The notes under the pieces: generated by a model | Databases searched by the model: none | Told to the model about the DNA's origin: nothing | What the model saw: the letters and a program-made list of their open reading frames with translations, nothing else | In this document: positions 13,256-27,372 of the stretch, one piece after another | Numbering within the stretch: the stretch's first letter is position 1 | Layout of the letters: each line of letters starts with the position of its first letter | Made by a program: the position numbers and the translations under genes | Origin: Squalus acanthias | Lineage: Eukaryota | NCBI GenBank assembly: GCA_030390025.1 | Contig: CM059441.1 | Coordinates: 20,646,001 to 20,710,000, forward strand | Direction of reading: 5' to 3' | Length of the DNA stretch: 64,000 nt

Positions 13256-14937
13256 AATTGACCTGGGTGAAATCTGTTTCCTTGTAACCTTTTGTTCATT
13301 TGATTAAAGTTAGATTATTAAATGGGAAAGAAGGGGAAAAAAATCTCCCTTGCAATATTTTCAGGACTGCTACTGTCTCAATTTGGAGCAACATTGTGCA
13401 AAACCAACTTGCCATATTTGATTTGTGATGCAGATTTCAGAGAATCTCACTGCACAGAAGGAGGTTGTTCGGCCCATCGTGTCTGTGCCGGCTCTTTGAA
13501 AGAGCTATCCAATTAGTCCCATCGCCCTTTACATTTCTCCTTTTCAAGTATTTATCCAATTCCCTTTTGAAAGTTACTATCGAATCTGCTTCCATCGCCC
13601 TTTCAGGCAATACGGTCTGGCCCAAGCTTTCCTAACCATGACTCTTCTCACCATCCTGTTTGCTGTAATGAATCTGTTACTTATGTACTGTGTTTTCCTG
13701 GATTCCCATCCATGTTGTGCACACAAATAGTTTATGTAGACACCACCACAAAAACAGATGGGTTGTTAAATGCTATTCTGAAATGGCACCAAGGCTAACT
13801 GCTGTAAGAGGAATCTTGAGTATGAAATGAATTGGTCCCTTTTAACAGTAAGATAGTGAGCTCCCCTCCTCGTCGGGGAGGGCGTTGTCAGATCTTGCTT
13901 GAGCTGCTAAGCAGAACACTTTTTGAGAGCTCCATCTCATGAGGATAGGGAAATACCAGGACCGGTCTTGCCAGCAATGCATCTTCTTACTGCCAGTGAT
14001 GGGAGATCAGTTGTTGAGAAGTCTGATGCACGCTGTCCTGGGAACTAAAATGGGAATAAAAGTGTGGCGGTCGACATTAGTGGACCAGTCGTACTATTAA
14101 ATTGGGAACTCTTGACTATAGTAATCGGTGAGCTGCGAGATGGCACTGTAGCCCCAACTTCCATTAATTTAACAGACGTAGCCATTTTTCCCCCTCCATC
14201 ATGCATGCTATGTTTGCTGGACTATATAATGAGCTCATTGCAGCCCCAGATCACTGCCAACTTCAAGTAAAATAATTCCCAAAATGTCATCTTAATAGCT
14301 GGTAATTAAACTTTTGCTCAGTGAATATTGAGGTCTAACATTTGATAAAGGCTAATACATTAAGGCCATGAGACCGTGAAAACTGCCAGCGTAAATCTAA
14401 CACTATTAATATGTAGGCGGAGATAATAAGTGGTCCTGCTTTGGCCATAAAGTCTTACTTTCCAAAAATGATAAGATATCTAATGGAGGAAAAAAAAAAG
14501 AGGAGGTGGAGGAAGAGAGAGAAAATTGCTAAGTACAACAGTCCATTTTGACTTGATGTCAAAAGGTGCCACCACTCCCAGCCCTGGAAATGGAAGTTCT
14601 AGTAGACATCTTTTAAATAGAAGCATCCCATGGCGGTTCAAAGCATTTTTTGTTCATCAAGCATTTCCCTTACATGAGTGTTACCATTAATGGGATTTAG
14701 CTGTATTTACATTTGCAATGTTGCTGATGGAAATGAGCCTGGATAGCTGCTGTTTATTGTGTAGTAATAATGTAGAATTTGTGTATTATCTCTTCTTAAT
14801 AAATGTGGAAATTCATGTTTTAATTTCACAAACTTAAAGGGACCTCAAATGATGGAATTTGTGTTTGCAAGCAGGCACGCTAAACAACACTGAATTATCT
14901 TCCTGCCTTTTTAAACTCCCCAAACATTAATCCATGA

Positions 14938-15200
14938 TAATAACAGAAAATGCTGGAAATACTCAGCAGGTCAGGCAGCATCTGTGGAGAGAGAAACAGA
15001 CTTAAAGTTTCAGGTCAATGACCTTTTGTCAGAACTGGATAATGTTAGAGACTTAACAGTTTTTAAGCAAGTGCTGAGCCGGGTGGGGGCGGGGCAGGAA
15101 AATAACAAAAAGGAGGTGTCTGTGATAGGGTAGGGGGCAGGAGTGTTTAAATGGCAAAAGTGATGAATGTTGAAAGGTAAAATGAGGTGAGCATGAGACA
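14938..15200 (-). mobile_element. Penelope-derived terminal fragment with a mutated hammerhead core (CTGACAA)
   Basis: Same terminal repeat as 2416 and 36147. Confidence 0.65.
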
Positions 15201-18200
15201 AGTATAGAATCAAAAGATGGGTCCAGAGGTGGGTGTAAGTGGTTATAGCAGAGGAGGAGGGAAGCGTGGAAAATCTGGCAAAGATTGGAAGGCCCCCGTG
15301 GCCCAGGAGTGTAGTGGAAGAAAGGGAGGCGGACCCCCCCACCACCCGGCCGTGTACCGATGGTGCTCGGAGACGGACAGTGAGGTATCCTCATTGAATG
15401 TCCACTCTGCGTCTAGCATCCAACAAACCTTGCACAAAAATCAATCCCTGCTAATAAAGGGGTACGAATTGCAGCGTGAGTCTGAACCGCATGATTGTTA
15501 GAAGAGACTGTATCCTCGTTAATCTATACAACAAAAAAACAAACACAAAAGATGTACTAATTATATCTGCCCATACACTCCAACCAGTGGACAGACGCAC
15601 AGTTATTTTTTGTAGTTTATTTTGAAGGACAGTAGAAAGGGTGCCAGCTGGCTGCTACAGCACTGTTGAAAGAATTTTTTTTTTAAAGATAATCACTACT
15701 TTTCTTGGTACATCTGTGATGGGAGATTATTTCTCTTAAAATTTCTTTATGCATTATCTCTCTAAAGAATAGGGTTTTGTTTTTGTGTATTGAAATGTTT
15801 TTCTCTGCTTCTGCTTAATTATGAGGTGTACAACTCCAAAAAGTTGTACTTGATTTGCTCATGTTGCTGATTTCTACTTGTATAGTGCTTTTGAATTCTT
15901 TAAATATACCTAGTAATTATCCCAATAGAAAACAAAGATACACTGATCCAGAGAAGGTATCTGCTCTTGTGACAAACTTTCAGGTGATGAACTATGTCAT
16001 GCGAGGAACAGGTGTTTCTTTTAGAGTTTGGCACAGCTGAGAGAGGAAGGTTAATGAAGCATGAACCAGGAAGAAGATGCATTTTTATATTTTTCAGTGC
16101 CCCCTGTACTGAATTAAAGGAAAGGTAACCACTCTACAGGTATCTACAGATCACTAGCTCGATCCTTTTCCACGGAGCCCTGTAAAGATTCATCTCTGCT
16201 GTAGCATGGAGTCAATGCATTGGAGCCATGTGACAGAATACTCCTCTACACTATGTCCAATTTGTAGCATGGAATCCAAGTTTGTGGTGTTTTAAATGAC
16301 CAATTAACCAAGGCAAACGTTTCGTGTGGGTTTTTTATTTCACTGGCAATAATTCGGCGCCCACCACCTCCCCCTTGCTAGTCTGCCTAACCAAACACTG
16401 ATGACTTCTCCAGTGGACACTCTGGGGGTATCCCTCTTTACGTGACTCCAATGGGTTTTTTCCACCCACAGACACTCAGAATAAGAAAAAAAATAAGTAA
16501 TAGGAGCAGGAGTAGGCCATACGGCCCCTCGAACCTGCTCCGCCATTCAGTAAGGTTATGGCTGATCTTCTACCTCAACTCTACTTTCCTGCCCTATCCC
16601 CACATCCCTTAATTCCCTTAGTGTCCAAAAATCTATCGATCTCAGCCTTGAATATACTCAACGACTGAGCATCCACAGCCCTCTTGGGGGTAGAGAATTC
16701 CAAAGAATGGATGTGTATAGAAATTTATGAACGCGCTCTGTGGTCAACTATATATTTTTAAAATCTCTAACTTTCAAAATTAAGAGCAGGAAGGGTTTCT
16801 ACGTGTGAGTATATATCGGCAATGGTGCGTACCAGGTCGTGGGATGCGCCAGGCGGGTGACTCTCTTTAAGTGTGATTTTTTTTTTGATGGGAAAATCAT
16901 CAATACTGACCACAAACAGCTAAAGAACAACACACTCCTCTCAGTTGGTGGTTTAGTGGAAATCCAGGTTAAATACTCATTTATTGAAGGGAGACAAAGA
17001 TATTAAGAATCTAGAGAAATTAGTGTTAGGAGTTTTATGGGCCTTCTGGAATTACCATTTCCTATTAAGCATCACTAACGTGTTATGTGTGGCAAATGTG
17101 GTCATAAGCCAGCAGAGATGGGGATATGGCTCTGAGGGAGCAGAGTTGGTTTTGGTGTATCCGTTGTTGTTCTGGCTCACATCAAATCTTAATAGATACA
17201 TATTAAATACTTTTAGGAGATACAACGTGGGGATAAAGAAATCCATTGCCTTATAAATTCTACACCATTCTGATATTAAAAAGGACTAATACTTGCTTTG
17301 TTATACATCGATTACAGCTACCTTTGTGGTCCCCATCACTTGTATTGCACATAGCAGTGACAAAAAATAATACTGGGTTTGTACAAATAAAAATGCTGCA
17401 TACTCCTACCATGTGCTTCACTGCAGCTGTTAACTAAAACATTCAGCTTTTGTTCTTTCTATAAGCTCCTGCTCAAATGTTTTGATTTTGTCACTGGCTC
17501 TAAAGCAGTGGCTTTAAAAATAGAAAAAGTACAAACAATTAAGGCAAATCCCAGAAGTAAGCCCAATAACACTCAGCACAAAATCTCTATTAGTTAAAGA
17601 ATTATCTGATACTCTTCGCAATAATAAAAACATGAGAAACTTATCCTTTGAGATTTAAATTGTGATGGATGTATAATAAGTGGACAACTAGCTCACCACC
17701 TGGCTGGTAGCAGTCTGTTTTTGGGTTGATTTTATTTGTGATGAAAGCCTTGTGATCCATTACCACATGTAAGGCGTGTGAATTACACACCCACCGTGAC
17801 TTGTGAAAGAAACCTATTCGTACCAGAACTAGTGCAATATCCTGTTAACTTCTGAAAACCTGCAGAATTGTAACTGTGAACTTGGTGACCGAAATGTCTC
17901 TGAAAGTTTTGATTATTTACGCGGTATACATTGTATTTTGGATGAAGACAAAAAGAATTTGGGGGATGGGCTGAGGTCACTGCCATGGGTGGATTTGTGC
18001 ATTATGTGGTTTTCTCTAACCACAGCAGTTTGAGACGGTAACATGCAGTCACTACAGTATGATGTGACTTCTGTCCAAATGCACAGTCAGTGTTGTCATT
18101 TGAACTGGATGTTGGATTTAAAAAGAGTTTAAAGTAGGTAGTGCAGATTCTTAACAGGTACAGCTCCTGTTTTTCAGCCTGTTAAAGGATTTTTTGGGGA

Positions 18201-18939
18201 TAAGGTAATGGCTTGAAAAATCTAAAAGGCCATTGGGTCACCCAGCAGTGTGGAGTCTTACTCAATTTCAGCAAATTAAGAAATACTTGATTTATTCAAA
18301 GTAGGGAACACTTATTGCTCTACATATTATTTGATAATTTTCTATTGCATACAACCTTTTTAATTGCTGTACTATGGAGAGTAGTGGATGAAAAATGTCA
18401 TTAACCTTAATAAAGGTCTCCTAAACAACCAACATGTTTCATACGCACTTGTCTTTTCCACCCCATCCAAAAGTTTAATTGTGTTTTTCTTTTGTTGTGT
18501 ATTTATCTGTCTATCTTGTTTCAGTGCTCCGAGACAAGTTCATCCCATTATCAAAATGGAAGTAAACTAATTCAGTTAAACCCTTGACCATAGTGCTGTT
18601 TCTAGATGACCTGCTAACCCAAATCTTTATTGGTGACAGCAGATTTTGATTGTGGCTCTATCAACCATGAAGATCGGATGAGTTTTGCATTCCAATGTAT
18701 ATTATGGCACTATTCGTTTTCCTGTTGCCCTGAGTGTAGTGTCTTGTGTTCACTGCTGACCCACTGCAGCATAAGTTTGTTGGGGGTTTTGCCCATTGCT
18801 CAAGCAGCAGCTTTATGAAAGCATTGCATCACATGATTGACACCAGGTTATAAAGAAAAGTTGATTCTGAAAGCTACAGGTCTACTTATTGATTACAACT
18901 TAATTGATGACTGATGTCATCACCAATTAGGACATAGGA

Positions 18940-19310
18940 TGTGCCCCCTTAAAGGGGCACAACCAATAAAACTGTAACTTAAACAAAATTTAAAGGAAAA
19001 TTAACAAATTAAATCAAAATTCTGTTTGGGGGTGGGGTGATGAAGCACTCCCGTCCCTCCTATGCCCACCGGCAGAAGGCCTCAAGCGAGCCACTGGACA
19101 CAGCTTGCTCTATCTCCAGGGACACCCAGGCACGAATATAGCAGAAGAGAGGCAGGCAGTCGGGCCAAATGACTCCCTCGACCACTTGTTGCCTGGACCT
19201 GTTATTGGCCACCTTGGCCAGTCCCATGAGGAGGTCCTCTGACTTGGCCGCTCCCCTCCGCACCAGGTGACCAAAAATCAGGAGCATGGGACTGAAATGC
19301 AGCCAAAAAT
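18940..19310 (-). mobile_element. Tx1-type LINE ORF2 C-terminal fragment; another at 33620-33810 (+)
   Basis: CLPLFCYIRAWVSLEIEQAVSSGSLEAFCRW and HVRARVALEMEHAVSAGTLEAFRDQW. Confidence 0.72.
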
Positions 19311-22134
19311 TGAGCTACAGGTCTAACATATATTTGTAATACTATTTACCTACAGAAGTGATAGTAATTCACTTCAGATAACTCACTGGACATAAAGTGC
19401 TTTGGGATATTTTGGGAGACCTAAGGCACTATATAAATGCAAGTTTAATGTTCTAAAAAAGTTACTAAATTTGTTTAAGAAGCAATTAACTTTGTTCTTT
19501 CCTCCCCAAATCATCTTATCATGTTTACACTTAAAATAGTTTTGCTCTCCCGCCCATGGAGAATTTGCAGTATTTATTCTTCCCTTCTCGAAACTATTGT
19601 ATCAGTTATTTTACATGGATGTAAAAGTTTTATTTTTCCCTATACGGTGGATTTGTAGTCCAATATTAAAGTTTAGAAGCATCTAGCCAGCACAAACATC
19701 CATGGTCTGAAAGCGCCTCATCCCTCATAACACTGGAGAGCTCAGATTTTATTTCTTGACCTATATGCAATGTTTAAAAAAAAATCCTATTTTAATTATT
19801 TTTTCACCCCTCAATTGCTATTTGTAAATGTTCTGTCTGGTGGGCATGTGATATGGGTCATGTTGTACCTTCGGTAGTGTAGTTCCATGAGAGCATCCTT
19901 CTCCCACCCATCTTCTCACCATGTCCCTTAAGATTTTAGAGAGAGAAGGGATTTTATCAGCTGTGTTCCATCCTTGAGCCAACAGAGTACAAAGCAAACT
20001 TATTCCCAAGCCTTTTCCAATACCAACTTTGACCCAGTCACTAGGAGTGTTGGCTACTGTCCCCTGCCCATTCTTTTCCCCTGCAGCAAAAGCTTGCTGT
20101 CTTCTCCTCAAGGCTTGGTACGTTGGGAAATCATAGGTGTGAACCAATGCCTAACTGCTCTGTGACGCCATGTCATGCAACTCTGAATATTGAGCCACTA
20201 TCAAGGCTGTTGCACCAACAGGAAGGAGTGAAATGGCCATGAGCAGCCTGCCTCCATTCTAGAGGGTGTTTTTCTAATCATAGTAAGATCATTTTAAACC
20301 AAGCACTTGCATGCTTATAGAACAAATAGCATGAAAAGTGAAGAATGTTCCTCATACTAGAAAGTAATGGTGAAAAGTGAACTAGAAACCACCACAGTAA
20401 ATAGATTCAGAGAGACTTGATATCATTTCATGGGAAGGAAGGGTAAATGATACCCCATCCATTGCTATTTCTATCCTCGCCAAGATCCAAAGACCCAACG
20501 TTCTCGAGTTTCTGAATAGCTCCAAGGAGGGCAGTATAATTCAAAGAGATCCTACTACAGGTGGAGTGTACTTGTGGATCATTTAGTGGGCGAGGTGCTT
20601 GTTCCTCTGAACTAATACAGGCTATCACCTGGCTATTTTCAGCCAGTTCCTCTGTCACAGAAGGAAGGCTTAGCTGGAATTGGAAAGGCTCCCATGGCCT
20701 TGACTGACTTGATAAACCACTTTGACAACCTTCTTCCAGAAGCTTCCCAGTCTAGGACATAGTCTAGTTCAATAAAATCCTATCATGTATAAAGTTAAGT
20801 GAGAACAAAACAGTGCAAAAAATAGTTTATTTAAAAAAATATTTACACAAAGTATAACATATCAAAATAATAGTAGACTATTCAACTCGATCATTTGCAT
20901 GACCAAAACTAAAGTTCTTTTTTTTTTGCATGGGGTTATATCTGATTAAATGAAATTGGATATCTTGAAGACATAAGAAAAGCCCATTGAATCAGATCCC
21001 ACTAGCACCCTAACCATTGCCAATTACCTAATTTATTTCTTTATATCTTGCTCAGCAGTTTGTTCCAAACACCATTTTGAGTGAAGATACTAATGATATC
21101 TGTTCCAAATGTACTTTTAATCAATTTAAATTTGTGTCTTTTGACCCTATTCTCCTGATTTACTTTAAAGTAATGGTCTGGGTTTAACTTATCTATACCG
21201 TTTAAAATACCAGGTTCTTTTTTTATACATGGATGGAGTTCCCCCAACCCCATTAAATGCTTTTCTTATCTACAGATATCTTTAAATAATTGCGTTGCTT
21301 TTAAAACATCACAAAATAAGATTGGAAAGAAGCATTCAACTAGAACACAAAAGCATTACTTTCTCTGCTATTTTGATGTGTTTCACTATATACAAGCCCA
21401 TCTTTTTCCCTATTGCGCCCCCCCCCCCCCCCCCCCCATTTTCTGAAGAAGTAGAGCCCCACAGTCCTCTGGTGAGTTGAGACACCGACTATCATCCCCC
21501 TCCAATAACACAGATACAGTCCTCTTGAGCATTCAGCCTCTCCCTCCCAACTCAAACAGCCAAAGACAGGATAATTCAACAAAATCAGATTCCAAGCACA
21601 ATCAATCCAGTTTTTATTTTTCAATATGGTCAAAGTAATGATAGGAAATTTTAAAAGTCTAAAACAGAAGATACTGGAAATACACAGAAGGCGAGGCTTC
21701 AACTGATCGTCCAACCTGGAGAGACTCAAGGTCACCCGCACCATGGAGAGCTGAAGGCAGGTTGGTTAACCTTTAGATGCAACCCTTTGATGAGGTTCAA
21801 GGGTGAAGGGATGTGATGAAAAGGAAGGTAGGTGAGGTAGATCAATGAAAAATAGGTGGCTTATTAGTCCTAATGGCCATTTCCTTTTCTTAGAAGTTCT
21901 TGTACTGTTATGCTGAGCCTGCTCAAAAAACTAGGATTAAAATCAGATGGGACGTGGGAAACTCTAAAATCCCCCCCCCCCCCCCTCAAACTGCAACTCC
22001 ATCTCTCTCCCTGTCCTTTACACTTCAGGGAGCTCTTCAGATTCCTGTGGTCATTTTGCTTTGTCTCACGGTTGTATGTTGTGATTGAATTTTCTATTGC
22101 CAATTCTTTTTTGTTCCTAATATTGTGGTTTCAG

Positions 22135-22572
22135 AGTCAGCTGTGGCTCAGTGGGTAGCACTCTTGCCTCTTGAGTCAGAAGGTTGTGGGTTCAAGTCCC
22201 ACTCCAGAGACTTGAGCACAAACATCTAGGCTGACACTCCTAGTGCAGTGCTGAGGGAACGCTGCACTGTCGGAGGTGCTGTCTTTCGGATGAGACGTTA
22301 ATCCGAGGCCCCGTCTGCTCTCTCAAGTGGACGTAAAAGATCCCATGGCCACTATTTCGAAGAAGAGCAGGGGAGTTATCCCTGGTGTCCTGACCAATAT
22401 TTATCACTCAATCAACATCACTAAAAACACATCTGCTCAATTTCACGTTACTGTTTGTGGGAGCTTGCTGTGTGCAAATTGGCTGCCGCGTTTCCTACAC
22501 AACAACGGTGACTACACTTCAAAAGTACTTCATTGGCTGTAGGATGTCCTGAGGTTGTGAAAGGCGCTATAT
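22135..22572 (+). mobile_element. tRNA-derived DeuSINE (SacSINE1-like)
   Basis: A/B boxes; Deu-domain core gtctttcggatgagacgtta...agatcccatggc; multi-copy in window. Confidence 0.88.
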
Positions 22573-24383
22573 TTTTTTCTTTTTAACTCTGATGCTTCAC
22601 ACAAAAAACAGATTAACATAGGTGCGTTTGGTTTTACTGTCATACTTTCTCATATCACTTGCCAATGAACTCCAGCAAAAATGTGGAAGTTTTATTAAAC
22701 AAGAAATGCGCACTAAATATTTGGGTTCTGCTTTCCACATTTTCTACATCCCTCCCACAGCCCAAGAATGTTGCAGCAAGGTTTTCCACATAAGGGTGAG
22801 GCTGGGGTCAGTTCCTCATGTGGTTTAAAAACTGATCATAACTATGCTGCTGTGGGAATTTAGCTGAACAGAGACCAGGCCCATCCCAGAGGGAGGGGAG
22901 TAAAAATCAGAAGGCCAATCATTCGGGACCGCTTGTGAGATCCTTCTGGTCTTTGGACCAGCCTCTCAGCTGGCAAAGGTCTGTGGCAGAACGGAGGGAG
23001 TTGAGGAAAAAAATAAATTAGGGAGGGGAGCAGAGAGATTTTTTTTTTTACTCTTCTCCCTTTATCTTTCTTTCTCCTTTTTTTACTATTTCTCTCTTCC
23101 CTACAATTGGACAGTTTATCAATGCCAGGTCACAATGAAATAGATCAATAAGCGGTCTGCGGAGCACTTTGTAAATATCCATGAATCAATTTCATGCCTA
23201 TTTGATACTCCAGAGAGAGTTTAGGAGAGAAAGGAAGTGAAAAGAAAGGCACACCCTTATTTTTGAACAACATAAAATCATATACAAAATTAAAATGTAT
23301 GCATCAGGTTTGCCTATTGCCAGTCCTGTATATAATTCTCACCATGAAGAATCTGTTGGTTCTTTTATCTATTAGACTCTAGCCAGTGTAAATTTTGTAT
23401 GCCAATCTTTTTAAGAAGTGTTACTGTAACCATCAGCACTTTTGTCCTTTTAAAAAATTGTTTTATGGCCACGTACTTTGCTATGCCTTGGGACTACATG
23501 CAATCACATGCTTCACAAGAGCACGCTATTCAGTGTGAACCAGAATTTGTAAAAAACCAACCATCTTATAATTGAGATTGAATAGCAGCTTGAGAGGTGG
23601 AACAGCTGAATCTTCAATTTGCAGCAGCACAGTCCCAGGCTTTAGGCTGTGATTCTCCACACACTAATCCCAGTTTGTTATCGAGGGCAGTCGTAGAAAC
23701 GAGGCTGCTTTGTTACAGAGAGAAGGGAAAACTGTACTGCACTTGCGTATCTGCCTCTGCAGGACATGAAACGACATTGGTAGATACCCCAAAATAGTTG
23801 TTTATTCTGACCTGCAGGAAGATGCAGAGCACACGGAGAATTCAACAACAACAACTTATATTTCTATAGCACCTTTAACATCGTAAAACGTCCCAAGGCG
23901 CTTCACGGGAGCGATTATCAGACAGAATTTGACACCGAGCCACATAAGGAGATATTAGGGCAGATGACCAAAAGCTTGGTCAAAGAGGTAGGTTTTAAGG
24001 AGCGTCTTAAAGGAGGGTAGAGAGGCGGCGAGGTTTAGGGAGGGAATTCCAGAGCTTAGGGCCTTGGCAGCTGAAGGCACGGCCACCAATGGTGTAACGA
24101 TTATAATCAGGGATGGTCAAGAGGCCAGAATTAGAGGAGCGCAGCGATCTCTGAGGGTTGTGGCGCTGGAGGAGATTACAGACTGAAAGTAAAAAAAAAA
24201 TTCAAAGTGCATTCAGGCTCAGCTGAAAACTGGGTATTAATAAGATCTCTGCCATACATCATATTTCTTGTGGTTCAATTATTAAGAATTTTAGAATGTC
24301 TGAAATACAAATATATATGGAAATATATTAACTTAATAAGAGAATACTTAGAGAACTGGTTTTGAACTCGGGATGTAGTTGCA

Positions 24384-24563
24384 CTAGGATCTGAATGACA
24401 GTGTAGAGTATTCCACTGCTTCTGAAGAATTGATCTTGACGCCTCCATTTTGCTCTTTCAAATCCTTCAAATTGGCGTAAGTTGCAGAACTTCCCTCCGT
24501 CTGAGCGGGAGGTCGAACGGTCACAGTGGAATATGTAATCATATCTTCAGCTTCACTGTCAAA
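24384..24563 (-). CDS. Gene A exon 7, signalling tail FDSEAEDMITYSTVTVRPPAQTEGSSATYANLKDLKEQNGGVKINSSEAVEYSTLSFRS*
   Basis: attttag acceptor; ITIMs ITYSTV and VEYSTL; homologous to the gene B last exon. Confidence 0.88.
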   Translation of the reverse strand, partial: FDSEAEDMITYSTVTVRPPAQTEGSSATYANLKDLKEQNGGVKINSSEAVEYSTLSFRS

Positions 24564-24776
24564 CTAAAATAAATACATCATTCAGATGCTTGAAACTGTG
24601 TAAAGAGTCTCACATAGTATGTACATTGAGTCAGTTATCTTTCAATCAGGAATGGTTGCTCATGTCTGTTTCAGGCATATATTGGTTGACTCTTGACATT
24701 TTAGCATAGCCAGCATAATTCGGTTTGCACCTCCGTTTTCTCCCTCAAGTGGATTATACTGGACCTGCACTGGAAG

Positions 24777-25232
24777 TTCAGTGGGTAGTACCCTCGCCTC
24801 TGAGTCAGAAGGTTGTGGGTTCAAGTCCCACTCCAGAGACTTGAGCACAAAAATCTAGGCTGACACTCCAGTGCAGTACTGAGGGAGTGCTGCACTGTCG
24901 GAGGTGCCGTCTTTTGGATGAGACGTTAAACTGAGGCCCCGTTTGCTCTCTCAGGTGGACTTAAAAGATCCCATGGCACTATTTCGAAGAAGAGCAGGGG
25001 AGTTATCCCCGGTGTCCTGGGGCCAATATTTATCCCTCAATCAACGTAACAAAAACAGATTATCTGGTCATCATCACGTTGCTGTTTGTGGGAGCTTGCT
25101 GTGCGCATATTGGCTGCTGCGTTTCCCACATTACAACAGTGACAACACTCCAAAAAGTACTTCATTGGCTGTAAAGCGCTTCGGGAAGTCCAGTGGTCGT
25201 GAAAGGCGCTATAGAAATGCAAGTCTTTCTTT
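24777..25232 (+). mobile_element. DeuSINE copy
   Basis: Same sequence family. Confidence 0.88.
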
Positions 25233-25298
25233 CTCCAGTTCTCGAATATATTGACCACTTGCTGATTTTAAATGATTGGAAATTATTAAAAGGCTGTT

Positions 25299-25485
25299 GG
25301 CCTAGAAATTTGTCCCGGGCGGTGGCGCAGGACGGGCGGTATCGGATCGGCCGCCCGTTATACACAGCGCCCGATAGTTCAGTTGAATCGACTGCAATGG
25401 AACTGAGTATCAGGCACTGTGTATAACGGGCGCCCAATCCAATACCGCCCATCTTGTGCCAACTCCTGAGATGAATTTCTACCCC
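25299..25485. mobile_element. Palindromic MITE (~190 bp)
   Basis: TAGAAATT...AATTTCTA termini; internal arms cgcccgttatacacag / ctgtgtataacgggcg. Confidence 0.7.
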
Positions 25486-26084
25486 TGTAAGTATGAAGGT
25501 AGTCTTGCTTGGAAGCTATACTGCTTTCAGTTTGTTTGTGTAAAACATTACCCTGTTGGTGATTAATGTCCCCCCCCCCCCGGCCCTTCTAATTTAGAGA
25601 GAACGTTGGTTGCAACGATGTCTCTTGTAGGGAAGGAGCCAGAGTTGGGTTGGCTGAGCACTGCAACAAAGTGCCACCATCCTGTTGGGTGAGTGCACGT
25701 ATTCAGCATCTACCTCTCAGCAGATGTACACCCAACACAACTGCTGAAAATTGTATGAGCTCCTTTTGAGTACCACAATCACTCTACCCACTTGCTTTAT
25801 GAATAGTGTCAATTCTTGTGCATGTACAGTTAAAACTAGGTCAAGCAAAGAAGCCTGTATTAAACAGCAAGACCACCTGTGCAGATATATTTAGCTTGCA
25901 TCTCAATCATTGCTGTAACTATGTCGGTGGTGTAGATCTGTATCTCGTAACGTGATGCATGTATCAATATCAGCTTTTGTGCACTGTGTAATGTATCAAC
26001 AGATTTCCTACAATTATTGCAAAATTGTATGTTCGATGTGGAATGGCCATGGATTGTATCCCAACTGATAAAGTTGTAAGCACA

Positions 26085-26392
26085 GAAGCCAAGCTTCTGC
26101 GACTCGTGACCTCCACCACCTCGAAGGACAAGGGCAGCAGGCGCATGGGAACACCACCACCTCCAAGTTCCCCTCCCAGTTACACAGCATCCAACTTGGA
26201 AATATATCGCCGTTCCTTCATCGTCGCTCGGTCAAAATCCTGGAACTCCCTCCCTAACAGCACTGTGGGAGTACCCTCACCACACGGACTGCAGCGGTTC
26301 AAGAAAGCGGCTCACCACCACCTTCTCAAGGGCAATTAGGGATGGGCAATAAATGCTGGCCTTGCCAGTGACGCCCACATCCCAGGAACAAT
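26085..26392 (+). mobile_element. 3' fragment of a second CR1-group LINE family; also 28938-29252 (+), 37675-37733 (-) and 63790-63975 (-)
   Basis: SWNSLPNSTVG..FKKAAHHHLL peptide; tail gcaataaatgctggccttgccag. Confidence 0.8.
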
Positions 26393-26544
26393 TTTTTTTT
26401 AAATAGCATCCGTCAGATGTGGGTCCATTCCTCCATCACATTTAGATTTGCTTGTACTCTATTTTTCTCATCCACGGCCCTAACACCTGCTTTGTATCAT
26501 CTGCGAATTTGCCATCAGATCCCCCAATACCTTTATCACGGTAA

Positions 26545-26966
26545 CACGGTGGCATAGTGGTTAGCACTGGTGCCTCACAGCGCCAGGGACCCGGGTTCGA
26601 ATCTGACCTCGGGTGACTGTCTGTGTGGAGTTTGCACATTCTCCCCGTGTCTGCGTGGGTTTCCTCCGGGTGCTCCGGTTTCCTCCCACAGTCCAAAAAT
26701 GTGTGGGTTAGGTTGATTTGGCTATGATAAATTGACCCTTAGTGTTAGGGGGGGATTAAATATGTGGGGTTATGGGGATAGGATGGGATATGTTAGGGGG
26801 AATTAAATACATGGGGTTACAGGGGTAGGGTGGGATATGTGTACTGTGGGGATTAAAGCAGGGACAAGGTACTGGATTTGGATGATCAGCCATGATCGTA
26901 TTGAATGGTGGAGCAGGCTCGACGGGCCGAATGGCCTACTCCTGCTCCTAGATTCTATGTTTCTAT
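26545..26966 (+). mobile_element. V-SINE (HE1-like)
   Basis: tRNA head, V-domain gtggagtttgcacattctccccgtgtctgcgtgggtttcctccggg, CR1-type 3' tail. Confidence 0.88.
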
Positions 26967-27331
26967 GACCGATAAAGCCTTTGCTCTTTTCCATCTCTAA
27001 CACCAAGCCCTGCAGGACTCCACTAGTAACTCGCCTGACAATGAACCACTGTCTGCCAGTAATAGCCTTCTGCCTCCAAACATGCAACTAATTCTAAACC
27101 TAACCAAGATCTACCCACTAATCCCACGGGACTGTATATTATTAAGGAGCCTATTGTGTGGCACCTTGTCAAAATTGTTTTGAAACCCAAAGTATGCAAT
27201 GTCAACATCGTTGCAGTGATTACTTTAGGGCATTTGTTGTTTATTAAAGAAATTAAATGTCGTGTTAAGACATTGCAAAAGAAGAAAAGTGGACCAATAT
27301 GCCATTATCTTGTATTACACTCCATTCTTAC

Positions 27332-27372
27332 CTTATTGATCGTGATGGGGGGTTCTCGGTTTTCATTATTAC
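27332..27372 (-). CDS. Gene A exon 6, cytoplasmic GNNENREPPITINK
   Basis: ttttttacag/gtaag; phase 1-0; parallels gene B exon 5. Confidence 0.8.

Noticed and set aside
22135-22210. tRNA genes at SINE heads
   Set aside because: A/B boxes run straight into SINE bodies; no complete cloverleaf with terminator
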